Positions 21,357 to 30,186 of a DNA stretch of 34,570 bases are shown here, one piece after another. Position 1 is the first letter of the stretch, and each line of letters starts with the position of its first letter. The stretch is taken from positions 1 to 34,570 of the forward strand of contig JAZDIN010000052.1 of NCBI GenBank assembly GCA_043804895.1, read 5' to 3'. The stretch comes from Candidatus Altiarchaeota archaeon (lineage in GTDB: Archaea; Altiarchaeota; Altiarchaeia; IMC4; SCGC-AAA252-I15). The translations under genes and the position numbers were made by a program. The notes below the pieces were generated by a model, which saw only the letters and a list, made by a program, of their open reading frames with translations, searched no databases and was not told where the DNA came from.

Positions 21357-21847
21357 CACTTCCCATCAACGGTCTTGACAGTCAGATAATAAACGCTGCC
21401 CTCCACGTGGGTCTTCCCAGTCGTGTCAACCCAGGAGCCGACATTATGCTCCTCAACGCTGAAGCCGAACTTAAATTCCTTCCAAAGGAAACGCTTTATT
21501 ATCTGGCTCTCATCAAGGTCCGGGGCCTTATACTTGCCTGCGCAGTAGTAGTACTCCCTGTTCTCACCGACGTTGTTGCCCCAGTAGCAGTTCAGCTCAT
21601 AGGTCCTCTTAATTGATTCTGCGGCCGGCGACTTGAAGTTGTCCACGAAGACTATCTCAAGCTCTGGTTTGATTGCCAGCGCGTTCAGGGTTTCGCTATT
21701 GACCTTAACCTGCACGCCCTTGCTTGCGATGTTGCAAGGCGTAACATACACCTTAGGTGGAGGAGCATTCTTGTTGCTTGACGATATACAGCCTGCTAGA
21801 AGGACTACCAGCGCAACAGCAAAAGCAACCGCTACCCTGAAACGCAT
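21344..21847 (-). CDS. Putative lipoprotein
   Basis: MRFR-hydrophobic-LLAGC lipobox. Confidence 0.8.
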   Translation of the reverse strand: MRFRVAVAFAVALVVLLAGCISSSNKNAPPPKVYVTPCNIASKGVQVKVNSETLNALAIKPELEIVFVDNFKSPAAESIKRTYELNCYWGNNVGENREYYYCAGKYKAPDLDESQIIKRFLWKEFKFGFSVEEHNVGSWVDTTGKTHVEGSVYYLTVKTVDGKCYLA

Positions 21848-21879
21848 ATTAATTAATGCACTTCCCTAAATAAACATCT

Positions 21880-21937
21880 GCAGCCACAGGCTGCGATGTT
21901 ATCTCGGGTTCAGCACGCTTGCTGAACCCTCGATAAA
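21880..21937. repeat. Two-hairpin intergenic element, a possible divergent member of the 29909/34121 family
   Basis: GCAGCC-ACA-GGCTGC, then TTATC-TC-GGGTTCAGCA-CGCT-TGCTGAACCC-TC-GATAA. Confidence 0.45.
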
Positions 21938-21949
21938 CCCGCTACTATC

Positions 21950-23176
21950 ATGGTCAAAAGGAACGAGAATCTGTCTAAACTGCCTTCAGGCTACCTATTC
22001 CCTGAGATTGAGAGGAGAAAGAGGAAGCTGATGGAGGAAAACCCCAAAGCCAAGATAATAAGCTTTGGGATAGGCAACACAACCGAACCGCTCACCCCCC
22101 ACATAACACAGGCCTTGAAAAAGGCGTCAGAAGGTTTGGGCACCCCTCAGGGATACTCCGGCTACGGGGATGAGCAGGGATTCACTGAGCTTAGGTCCAA
22201 GATAGCTGAGAAAATCTACCGCGGCAAAGTGGAAGCCGAGGAAGTGTTCATATCCGATGGTGCGAAATGCGACATAGGCAGGTTGCAGGTGATGTTCGGC
22301 CCCTCAGTGAAGGTTGCTATCCAGGACCCATCCTACCCAGTGTATGTTGACGGCAGCGTGGTAATGGGCGCGGCAGGCGACTACAACTTGGGGAGCGGGC
22401 ATTTTAGCGGCATAACCTACATGGCATGCACTCCGGAGAATAACTTCTTTCCCAACCTTGCGAAAACGCCGAAGACAGACCTGATATACTTCTGCTCCCC
22501 GAACAATCCCACAGGGGCGGCATCCACCAAAGATGAGCTGAAGGAACTGGTCGACTTTGCGAAAAAGAACCATTCGATCATAGTATACGACGCAGCATAC
22601 GCGGAGTTCATAAGGGACAAAACTCTCCCGAAGACGATATACGCGGTAGAAGGGGCCAGAGGAGTCGCAATAGAAGTGAATTCCTTCTCAAAGACCGCGG
22701 GCTTCACAGGAGTCAGACTGGGGTGGGCCACAGTACCATCAGAGCTTAGATTCGACGACGGGACACAAGTGAACAAGGACTGGAACAGGATAACCACGAC
22801 CATATTCAACGGAGCGTCAAACCTAGCTCAACACGGAGGCCTAGCAATACTAGACGACAAAGGACTCGAAGAAATACACCAGACGATAGACTACTACATG
22901 GAAAACGCAAGGATAATCAAAGACGCCCTAGAAGGGATCGGCATAAAAACATACGGCGGAACCAACGCCCCCTACATATGGGCTCACTTCAAAGGCAGAA
23001 AATCATGGGACGTCTTCGAGGAGATGCTCACAAAAGCGAATGTGGTCACCACACCGGGCTCAGGATTCGGCCCAGCAGGTGAGGGGTTCATAAGGTTCAG
23101 CGCCTTCGGACACAGGGCGGACGTGCTCGAGGCTGTGGAAAGGCTTAAGAAGAACATAGGATATGTGCGCAGGTAG
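21950..23176 (+). CDS. dapL: LL-diaminopimelate aminotransferase
   Basis: GYLFPEI, SGYGDEQG, SDGAKCD, DPSYPVY, FCSPNNPTG, SFSKTAGFTGVR, NAPYIW, TPGSGFG. Confidence 0.95.
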   Translation: MVKRNENLSKLPSGYLFPEIERRKRKLMEENPKAKIISFGIGNTTEPLTPHITQALKKASEGLGTPQGYSGYGDEQGFTELRSKIAEKIYRGKVEAEEVFISDGAKCDIGRLQVMFGPSVKVAIQDPSYPVYVDGSVVMGAAGDYNLGSGHFSGITYMACTPENNFFPNLAKTPKTDLIYFCSPNNPTGAASTKDELKELVDFAKKNHSIIVYDAAYAEFIRDKTLPKTIYAVEGARGVAIEVNSFSKTAGFTGVRLGWATVPSELRFDDGTQVNKDWNRITTTIFNGASNLAQHGGLAILDDKGLEEIHQTIDYYMENARIIKDALEGIGIKTYGGTNAPYIWAHFKGRKSWDVFEEMLTKANVVTTPGSGFGPAGEGFIRFSAFGHRADVLEAVERLKKNIGYVRR

Positions 23177-23207
23177 ATTCACCTCCTCTACCTGCCTGAC
23201 AATCCAG

Positions 23208-23369
23208 TTACTTCTTCCCCTCTAACTTGCACATCGTAGCGCTCTCGGCGAAGAATATGGACATCACAATAATGGCCGTAGCCGCCGCCACCTTCTGTTC
23301 AGCTGGAACGAAGATTATAAGGCCTCCAGCAACCAAACCTATAACAGCCGCTAATACATATTTCACCAT
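23208..23369 (-). CDS. 53-aa two-helix membrane protein (below the ORF-track cut-off)
   Basis: Manual translation MVKYVLAAVIGLVAGGLIIFVPAEQKVAAATAIIVMSIFFAESATMCKLEGKK. GAGGTGA RBS, and TTTTTAAA box at ~23413-23420. Confidence 0.7.
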   Translation of the reverse strand: MVKYVLAAVIGLVAGGLIIFVPAEQKVAAATAIIVMSIFFAESATMCKLEGKK

Positions 23370-23439
23370 CAATCACCTCAAAAGTTTAACTAATCAATAC
23401 TCTACCTGAACATTTAAAAACACGAGAAAAAGACCAATA

Positions 23440-23468
23440 CTCTGCAGACTATCAACCAGTCTGCAGAG
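23440..23468 (-). terminator. Hairpin plus T-tracts downstream of rpl12
   Basis: CTCTGCAGACT/AGTCTGCAGAG 11-bp stem followed on the minus strand by TCTTTTTCTCGTGTTTTT. Confidence 0.6.
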
Positions 23469-23482
23469 CAAAATAGACTAAC

Positions 23483-23779
23483 CTAACCGAAAAGCGAAGC
23501 CAGGCCGCTTGCAGCATCCTCCTCGCTCTTCTTGTCGTCCTCCTTCTTCTTCTCCTCCTTCACGGCAGGAGCTGCGGCTGCAGCAGGAGCTGCGGCTGCA
23601 CTAACGACAGACTTCTCAATAGCCTCCTCGATGTTAACGCCCTCTAGGCTGGCAACCAACGCCTTAACCCTGGCGTCGTTAACCTCTACTCCAGCGGCCT
23701 TCAGCACGGCGGCAACGCCGGCTTCGTCAATCTTCTTCCCAGCGGAATGCATGAGCATCGCAGCGTAAACGTATTCCAT
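23483..23779 (-). CDS. rpl12: 50S ribosomal stalk protein P1 (L12p)
   Basis: MEYVYAAML, Ala-rich hinge, GLASLFG C-terminus. Confidence 0.97.
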   Translation of the reverse strand: MEYVYAAMLMHSAGKKIDEAGVAAVLKAAGVEVNDARVKALVASLEGVNIEEAIEKSVVSAAAAPAAAAAPAVKEEKKKEDDKKSEEDAASGLASLFG

Positions 23780-23931
23780 CTTAAAAACCCTCCAAAAGTT
23801 AACCTAAAACGTAGCAGAAGTATAGGGAATAGCTATATAAAAGCGTTTTCTGGCGGAGCGAGTTGCCGGGTGTGCAGCGCTCTAACACATACTCTGGTAA
23901 TATACGCCTGAAGCCATATCTATCAACAATT

Positions 23932-25629
23932 ATGGAGAAACATGGGAAAGAAAAGAGTATCTGGCTCTTCTTAGCCATTGGCTTAGTGCTGACATTGGCA
24001 ATATCCCTGTACCAGATAGCTGTAATCCAGAAGTCGTTCAATATCACCTCGGTGGCCTACTCGCCTGACGGCGTCAACTTCAGGCCGATTAACCTGCCCT
24101 CATTCGTAAACGAGGGCTACTTCATGATAAACTTCACGACAGACAGGAGAAACCTCAACCTTTATCTCTTCGCTGATGACTGCATAGAATACGGTTACCT
24201 TAACGGCGCCAAATTCTCCGGCGGCGAATGCACCCCCTGCAAACACTGTAGGGGTGTACTGGGCAAGGGGACATTCGACCCAGCCGCAGGAAGACAAAAC
24301 ACCCTCCTAATTAAAACAAGAAAAATCTCAGGCGGGACGCCGTTTTTTGTGGTTGAGAATGAGGAGAACGACGTTGTTTGGAGGGCACTGGCGGTTCTAT
24401 CAATCATGGCACTCTCAATCCTTATCTACTCAAGGGTTGCGGGCAGGGATCTTCGAACAGACGTCAAAACCATCAGGGCTGCCATATCGAAGAGACATGG
24501 TTTGGCGTTGGTTCTGCTCATGTCACTGGCAGTCCAGCTTGCCATGACACCGTGGGGGCAGTCAAGAGATATCGTAGTCTGGTTGATACGCGCCGAGAAC
24601 ATCATACACAAGGGGGATTGGTCATTCACAAGAACTGCGCCCGACTACCTGTACATGGAGGAGACGAACATGTGCAAGCCGCCTGGGGCATACCTCTACG
24701 AGTTCATAATCCTCCGTCTGCTCTTCGGATTCAACCACATCTACACTACGTTCCTTGTGAAGTTGCCCCCGATTGCAGGAAACCTCCTCGTCGGTTATGC
24801 TGTATGGTCAATCCTCATGGGAAGGGTTAAAAACAAACGAATCCCGCTCGTCGCCGCAAGCTTATACGTCCTAAATCCAGTCGTCATACTGCAGGCGGCA
24901 TATCTTGGGAAACACGATTCACTCGTAATAGGGTTCTTGCTCATGGCATTAAAAAACCTTGCGAAAAGGCGGTTCTCGCTTTACTACGGCCTGGCAGTCC
25001 TTGGCAAGCAGTTCCCCCTCCTCATGGCCCCATGGATACTGTTGCAAAGGGGGATGATAAGAAAGATGATCCTAGCAGGTTGTGTCTTCGTCATCCTCGC
25101 CTTCCCGTTCCTGCTAGACAACCCCATGTTGTTCTTCGAACGTCTAATCAAAACAAGCACTGAGAAGGCCCCGAGCGACCTGTCATGGATGATTAACCTG
25201 AAGCCGCTTGGGGAGGGGTTTGTGCTCACAGCCAGTAAAGTCTTCCTTGGAATCTACTTCCTGACGGTTGTTCTCGTAGCATTTGCCGTGGCTGCAGATG
25301 CCTATGCCATGGGGGCTATAGTCTTCACCCTCTTCGCAGTCTTCAGCAAGGTGGTGTTCGAACAGTACGTGTTGTGGAGCCTTCCCTTCCTAATCATAAC
25401 GTATTATCTGACAAAAAAGAGGACAACAATGGCCGCTTTCATAATAGGCTCAGTCTCATGCGCAATAAACAACGAGGATTACCGTATGCTGCCTGAAAAC
25501 CTGGCCAACCTCTGGAATATCCTACTGGCTTTGACTTACCTCGCAGCTGCCGTTGACTTGGCTCGCACTGGATTCACCCCGCGGAAGGTTAGGGACAGGG
25601 TTCACGCAGCATGGCAGAAATTAAAGTAA
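23932..25629 (+). CDS. GT-C-fold membrane glycosyltransferase (GT87/PIG-M-like) with a Cys-containing N-terminal ectodomain
   Basis: Many TM helices, with SRD...W, KPP, KLP, LNP, GKHD and KQFP motifs. Start moved to ATG 23932. Confidence 0.75.
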   Translation: MEKHGKEKSIWLFLAIGLVLTLAISLYQIAVIQKSFNITSVAYSPDGVNFRPINLPSFVNEGYFMINFTTDRRNLNLYLFADDCIEYGYLNGAKFSGGECTPCKHCRGVLGKGTFDPAAGRQNTLLIKTRKISGGTPFFVVENEENDVVWRALAVLSIMALSILIYSRVAGRDLRTDVKTIRAAISKRHGLALVLLMSLAVQLAMTPWGQSRDIVVWLIRAENIIHKGDWSFTRTAPDYLYMEETNMCKPPGAYLYEFIILRLLFGFNHIYTTFLVKLPPIAGNLLVGYAVWSILMGRVKNKRIPLVAASLYVLNPVVILQAAYLGKHDSLVIGFLLMALKNLAKRRFSLYYGLAVLGKQFPLLMAPWILLQRGMIRKMILAGCVFVILAFPFLLDNPMLFFERLIKTSTEKAPSDLSWMINLKPLGEGFVLTASKVFLGIYFLTVVLVAFAVAADAYAMGAIVFTLFAVFSKVVFEQYVLWSLPFLIITYYLTKKRTTMAAFIIGSVSCAINNEDYRMLPENLANLWNILLALTYLAAAVDLARTGFTPRKVRDRVHAAWQKLK

Positions 25630-26361
25630 ATTGGTCTTAATCTTTAACGTGTTGTCTTCCAGCATAGGTTTCGTCTTGTTCATGGACTGCACTTTCAGCC
25701 TGATAAGGTCCAGTAGCCCTCTGACCAGCCTACCGCAGCCGTACTTGGATTTACCGCGCATCCTTGGCATGTGCGTTACTTTCACCTCAGCCACCCTGAA
25801 GCCCTTCAAATAAAGCAAGGTTGGTATGTACCTGTGCATGTCACTGTATAACTCAAGCCCCAAGATGCACTCTCTCCTATAAACCTGCAGCGGGCAGTTG
25901 CTGTCATGGAAGCCGTCCCAGAAAAGCAGGCTTCTTAAGGTGTTGTAAGCTTTGGAAAACATCAGCTTACTAAACGAATCATGCCTGTCATGGCGCCAAC
26001 CCACCACTGCATCATATCCTCCATCAATCTTTGCCAGAGCACTTGTTATCCCAGCTGGGTCAACCTGCAGGTCTGCATCCATCATGCCAATGAGTTTCCC
26101 GCTCGCTGCCTTGAACCCAACGTCCAATGCGACAGTCTTGCCGTAGTTCCTCTTCAGTTGTATGACTTTCACTTTAGGGTCGTGTTCGTGTAATGAAGCA
26201 AGGCAGTCGAACGTGCCGTCGCTGCTTCCATCGTCAACGAACACAAGCTCATAGCTTCTGCCCATGTCCTCCAAGGAGCTCTTCAATCTCTCATATACTG
26301 GAGCGATATTCTCGCACTCATTATATGCTGGAATGACGACGCTCAGATAGACCTCTCCCAT
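25621..26361 (-). CDS. GT2 family glycosyltransferase (DPM/ArnC-like lipid-phosphate sugar transferase)
   Basis: SVVIPAYNE, VDDGSSDGT, RNYGK, DADLQ, HRYIP, R.RGKSKY. Start at ATG 26361. Confidence 0.92.
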   Translation of the reverse strand: MGEVYLSVVIPAYNECENIAPVYERLKSSLEDMGRSYELVFVDDGSSDGTFDCLASLHEHDPKVKVIQLKRNYGKTVALDVGFKAASGKLIGMMDADLQVDPAGITSALAKIDGGYDAVVGWRHDRHDSFSKLMFSKAYNTLRSLLFWDGFHDSNCPLQVYRRECILGLELYSDMHRYIPTLLYLKGFRVAEVKVTHMPRMRGKSKYGCGRLVRGLLDLIRLKVQSMNKTKPMLEDNTLKIKTNLL

Positions 26362-26450
26362 ATCATATCCTCTTCCAAAACCAAGAACATGGAATACTTT
26401 CCATTCAGAGTATTTAAAACAACACACCTCAATATGACCTACCTAACAAA

Positions 26451-27752
26451 ATGGACGTTGCAGTGGTCGGTGGCGGGATATCTGGGCTAACAGTAGCTTA
26501 CGAGCTTGCAAAACGCGGAACTAAAGTAGTGGTCTTCGAGAAACACCGGGAGGTGGGCGGAATAGCAGGCTCACTTGAGGCAGTCAAGGGAGTTCAACTT
26601 GAGAAATACTACCACCATTTCTTCACCAACGACAGCGACCTCGTTACCCTGCTTCGAGAACTCGGCTTAGAGAAGTCGCTGCAGACGTTCCCGACGAAGA
26701 TGGGCTTCCTATGCGACGGGAAGGTATACCCATTCACCAGCCCAATGGATCTACTCAGATTCAACCCCCTCAAAATACTAGACAGAATCCGCCTCGGCTT
26801 AACCCTCCTATACCTCCAAAGCCTGAAAAGTCCAGGACACCTAGACCCGGAAAGCGGCCTTGAATGGCTTAGAAGATACGCTGGCAACGCTTCAGTCGAA
26901 AAGATATGGGGGCCCCTTTTGAAGACAAAGTTCGGCAGCAACAACCAGAACATATCAGCTTCATGGATATGGGGGCGAGTATCCGAAAGAGGACGCTCCA
27001 GGGGCGCCAAGAAGCTCAAAGAGAGACTGAATTACATCCAAGGCGGCTGCCACACACTACTCACTCGCCTGGTGGACTCGATAGTCTCAAAAGGTGGCAT
27101 GATAAAGGTCGGCAGCGAAGTCACAAAGTTGAGACAACGTGGGGGTAAAATTGAGTGTATGCTGAAAAACGGTGAAACACACCTCTTCGACAAAGTAGTG
27201 GCCGCAGTCGAAACCCCGACATTCCTCACGATCACCGAAGGCCTTCCTGCCGATTATGCCACAAGAATCAGCGGAATAAAATACAATGGAGTAATATGCG
27301 CAGTCATAGTCCTCAAGCGGCCTCTGAGTGACGTGTACTGGCTTAACATATCCGACCCTACCATCTCGTTCGGCGGGGTCATAGAACACACAAACTTTGT
27401 TCCCCCAGAGTATTACGGGGGTTATAGCATAGTCTACCTGTTCAACTACGTTGACAAGGACAGCCACTTCAGGGCTATGAAAGACGATGATATCATCGGA
27501 TTATACCTCGCTGACCTTGGGAGGATATTCCCGGATTTTGCGAAGGATTCATTAGTCCGGTACTCCATGTTCAGGGATGAATACGCCACACCAGTATACG
27601 TCAAGGGGTTCTCGCAACTCAAACCAGGCTATGTTACTCCTACGAAAAACGTCTACCTGGTCAACAACACCCAGGTATACCCCCATGGGAGGAACTTGAA
27701 CAACCTCATAAGAAACTCTAAAGACGCGGTCAACGCCATACTCAAAGAATGA
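26451..27752 (+). CDS. FAD-dependent oxidoreductase (protoporphyrinogen oxidase/amine oxidase-like)
   Basis: VVGGGISGL, EKHREVGG, EKYYHHFF, YWLNI, IEHTN. Confidence 0.88.
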   Translation: MDVAVVGGGISGLTVAYELAKRGTKVVVFEKHREVGGIAGSLEAVKGVQLEKYYHHFFTNDSDLVTLLRELGLEKSLQTFPTKMGFLCDGKVYPFTSPMDLLRFNPLKILDRIRLGLTLLYLQSLKSPGHLDPESGLEWLRRYAGNASVEKIWGPLLKTKFGSNNQNISASWIWGRVSERGRSRGAKKLKERLNYIQGGCHTLLTRLVDSIVSKGGMIKVGSEVTKLRQRGGKIECMLKNGETHLFDKVVAAVETPTFLTITEGLPADYATRISGIKYNGVICAVIVLKRPLSDVYWLNISDPTISFGGVIEHTNFVPPEYYGGYSIVYLFNYVDKDSHFRAMKDDDIIGLYLADLGRIFPDFAKDSLVRYSMFRDEYATPVYVKGFSQLKPGYVTPTKNVYLVNNTQVYPHGRNLNNLIRNSKDAVNAILKE

Positions 27753-29464
27753 AAAAAAATATCGTCCGGCGAATCCACCTGGGGCTTATACTAGCATCCG
27801 CAGCCGTCCTCATAGCCTCGACATACCTTGCATATGACAACAGTGAGGCGTTCAAGGTCGTCAACACCATGTACTCGAAAGACGGCAGGAGCTTCAGGCC
27901 AGCGAACCTGCCATTCTTCATCGATGACGGGTACTTTCTAGTAAATTTCACCACAAACAGGGAAAAACTAAGCCTAGTATTCTTCGCTAAAGACTGCATA
28001 GAGGATGGTCTGCTAAATGGCCAGAGATTCTATCACGGTGACTGCAGCCGTTGCAAGCATTGCAGGGGCGTCAAGGGCACCGGCATCTTCAACCAGACCG
28101 AACGGAAATGGAACACACTGGTCATAAAGACAAGGGCCCTCGAGGGGATACCCCTCTTCTTTGTTGAAAACGAGGATACTGGTGTTCTATGGCGTTTTCT
28201 GGCATACGCCTCGGCTTCGACGCTGATGGCCTTACTACTCCTCTGGTACCTGGGAAAAGACATCATGCAAACACTTGAGAAAACAATATCATGGGTCAAG
28301 AAAAACAAGGGGATAACCCTACTGCTCACCTTATCCTTCACCATCTCGATGCTTCTCGCCCCAATCGGCCAGAAATCAACAGACGTTGACGGCTGGATTA
28401 TCCGCGCCGAGAACATAATACACAAGACTGATTGGACCTTCACCAAAACCGAACCTGACTATTTTGTCAACGAGCATTTCAACATGGCCAAGCCGCCTGG
28501 AGCGTACCTCTACGAGTTCATAATCCTTCGTCTGCTCTTCGGCTTCAACCACATATACGCCCAAACACTCGTGAAACTGCCGCCCATAATAGGCAACCTA
28601 ATACTGTGTTATCTGATCTGGTCCATTCTCAGCTCGAGGCTGAAGGACAGGAGAACCCCGCTCATTGCCGCGGCTGCGTATGCCCTAAACCCTGTCGTCA
28701 TATTCCAGGCTGCAGTACTCGGCAAACACGATGCCCTCACCTTAGCGCTCGTCCTTTTGGCTTTGAGGAATCTCAGCAAGCGGCGTTTCTCCATATACTA
28801 CGGGCTTTCCCTAGTCACAAAGCAGTTGCCTCTGTTCTTCCTTCCATGGCTTTTAATCCAGAAGCGGATGGTACGGCAGTTGCTTGCAGCGCTCGTCATA
28901 CCCTTACTCATATTCTCCCCGTACCTACTGGACGACCCGGTATTCTTCATCAACCGCCTGGTTAAGACGCACACGGAGAGGGAGCCTTTCGAGCTGACAT
29001 GGATGGTCAACCTGAAGGATTGGGGCGTCAGCAACACAGCCCTTGTGAGCGAACTAGTCCTGTTCCTCTACTTTGCGCTGGTGCTCATCATATCAGTCGG
29101 GATGAGGGACGAGCCGTACGTCATCGCCGCGGCGATATTCTCCCTCTTCATCGCATTGAACAAATCCGTGCTGGAGCAGTACATCATGTGGTCCATGCTG
29201 TTCCTGCTGCTCGTTTACTTCATAAAAGGTAACAGGCTCGCAGGATTCACATACCTCATCGGCACATTCACCTGCATCATAAGCCATGAAGGCGAGAATC
29301 TACTACCAAAGGACTTAATCAACCAGTGGACAATCGTCCTGGCGCTGATATACCTAACAACCGCCGCAACCATCATCATGAGCTCATTCAGAATAGAAAA
29401 CGTAAGGGAATCAATTGGCGGATGGCTCACCTACGCCAACATTAAAAGGCGAAAATCCCGCTAG
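27749..29464 (+). CDS. GT-C-fold membrane glycosyltransferase, paralog of 23932..25629
   Basis: Colinear similarity with the first copy, including the identical block KPPGAYLYEFIILRLLFGFNHIY. Confidence 0.75.
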   Translation: MKKNIVRRIHLGLILASAAVLIASTYLAYDNSEAFKVVNTMYSKDGRSFRPANLPFFIDDGYFLVNFTTNREKLSLVFFAKDCIEDGLLNGQRFYHGDCSRCKHCRGVKGTGIFNQTERKWNTLVIKTRALEGIPLFFVENEDTGVLWRFLAYASASTLMALLLLWYLGKDIMQTLEKTISWVKKNKGITLLLTLSFTISMLLAPIGQKSTDVDGWIIRAENIIHKTDWTFTKTEPDYFVNEHFNMAKPPGAYLYEFIILRLLFGFNHIYAQTLVKLPPIIGNLILCYLIWSILSSRLKDRRTPLIAAAAYALNPVVIFQAAVLGKHDALTLALVLLALRNLSKRRFSIYYGLSLVTKQLPLFFLPWLLIQKRMVRQLLAALVIPLLIFSPYLLDDPVFFINRLVKTHTEREPFELTWMVNLKDWGVSNTALVSELVLFLYFALVLIISVGMRDEPYVIAAAIFSLFIALNKSVLEQYIMWSMLFLLLVYFIKGNRLAGFTYLIGTFTCIISHEGENLLPKDLINQWTIVLALIYLTTAATIIMSSFRIENVRESIGGWLTYANIKRRKSR

Positions 29465-29865
29465 GCGAAGACCTTCTTCTTATAGGTGAGGTATTTGAGT
29501 ATGAACAGTGTGCCTGAAACAACCGTGATGGAAACCACGTAATGCAGGCCGATATACTCTGTGAAGACCTTCACTAAGAAAGTGTTAGCTAGGGTGAATG
29601 ACGCGAGGACCGCCAAGTACCTTACGAACCTGCTCCCAACCCTCCCCCTAGCATCGAATATCCACTTCAGCGACAGCATGAAATTAAAGACGACTGCAAC
29701 CGACATGGACAGCAGGTATGCGGCCAGATAATAAATGCCAATATACTCCGTGAGACAGTAGGTTAGAAGCACAACCAGTGGATAGGTTATAATAGCGTTC
29801 AACAGATACTTCAGAAACTTCGCCGACAACAAGTCCCCCACCAAGTTAGAAAGTCTAGCTTTCAT
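29461..29865 (-). CDS. GtrA-family lipid-linked sugar translocase
   Basis: KFLKY, four TM helices, NF..S.KWIF, K.VF end. Start moved to ATG 29865. Confidence 0.85.
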   Translation of the reverse strand: MKARLSNLVGDLLSAKFLKYLLNAIITYPLVVLLTYCLTEYIGIYYLAAYLLSMSVAVVFNFMLSLKWIFDARGRVGSRFVRYLAVLASFTLANTFLVKVFTEYIGLHYVVSITVVSGTLFILKYLTYKKKVFA

Positions 29866-29908
29866 GAGAATAATACTGAAAAGAGTGTTTTGCGATGGGG
29901 TTGCCCTG

Positions 29909-29966
29909 GAGCCTTTACTAAAGGCTCGCGAAATGAGGGACTTCCGCTTACACTCCAGTCCCTCTG
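29909..29966. repeat. Two-hairpin element, copy A, between 24-bp direct repeats (29885-29908 and 29983-30006)
   Basis: GAGCCTTT-ACT-AAAGGCTC-GCGAA-AT-GAGGGACT...AGTCCCTC-TG. Flanking repeats are 22/24 identical. Confidence 0.7.
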
Positions 29967-29980
29967 AATGTGACATGTGA

Positions 29981-30148
29981 AGGTGTTTTGCGGTGGGGTT
30001 GGCCTGCGGTCACCCCGGGTGGGAGATCATCACTTCTCCCTGCGAACCTTGTAGGGTTCTGGTCGTGCAGGGGCCGTTTCCACCGCAATGTAGCCTTGCC
30101 TCTTGACGCACTCCGTTCACTAGTCGCGGAGGCCTTCGCAGGCAGGCT
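29981..30148 (-). ncRNA. Candidate two-hairpin box H/ACA guide RNA
   Basis: TTTTAA box at 30171-30176. Two hairpins, each with an internal pocket, an apical K-loop or K-turn (CGA...GUGA), and an ACA just after the stem (30089-30091 and 29984-29986). Spacing from upper stem to ACA is 14 nt in hairpin 2. Confidence 0.72.
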
Positions 30149-30186
30149 TTTTATTACGGGTAATCGGAGGTTAAAAGCGTGTGGTG

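Noticed and set aside
29885-30006. CRISPR array
   Set aside because: There are only two repeats per locus, the repeats differ between loci while the interior is conserved, and no cas genes are present.
29981-30148. RNase P RNA, suggested by GGTGGAAACGGCC on the minus strand
   Set aside because: The P4-forming GAGGAAAGUCC and ACAGAA..CGGCU segments are absent and the region is too short. The H/ACA layout explains it better.
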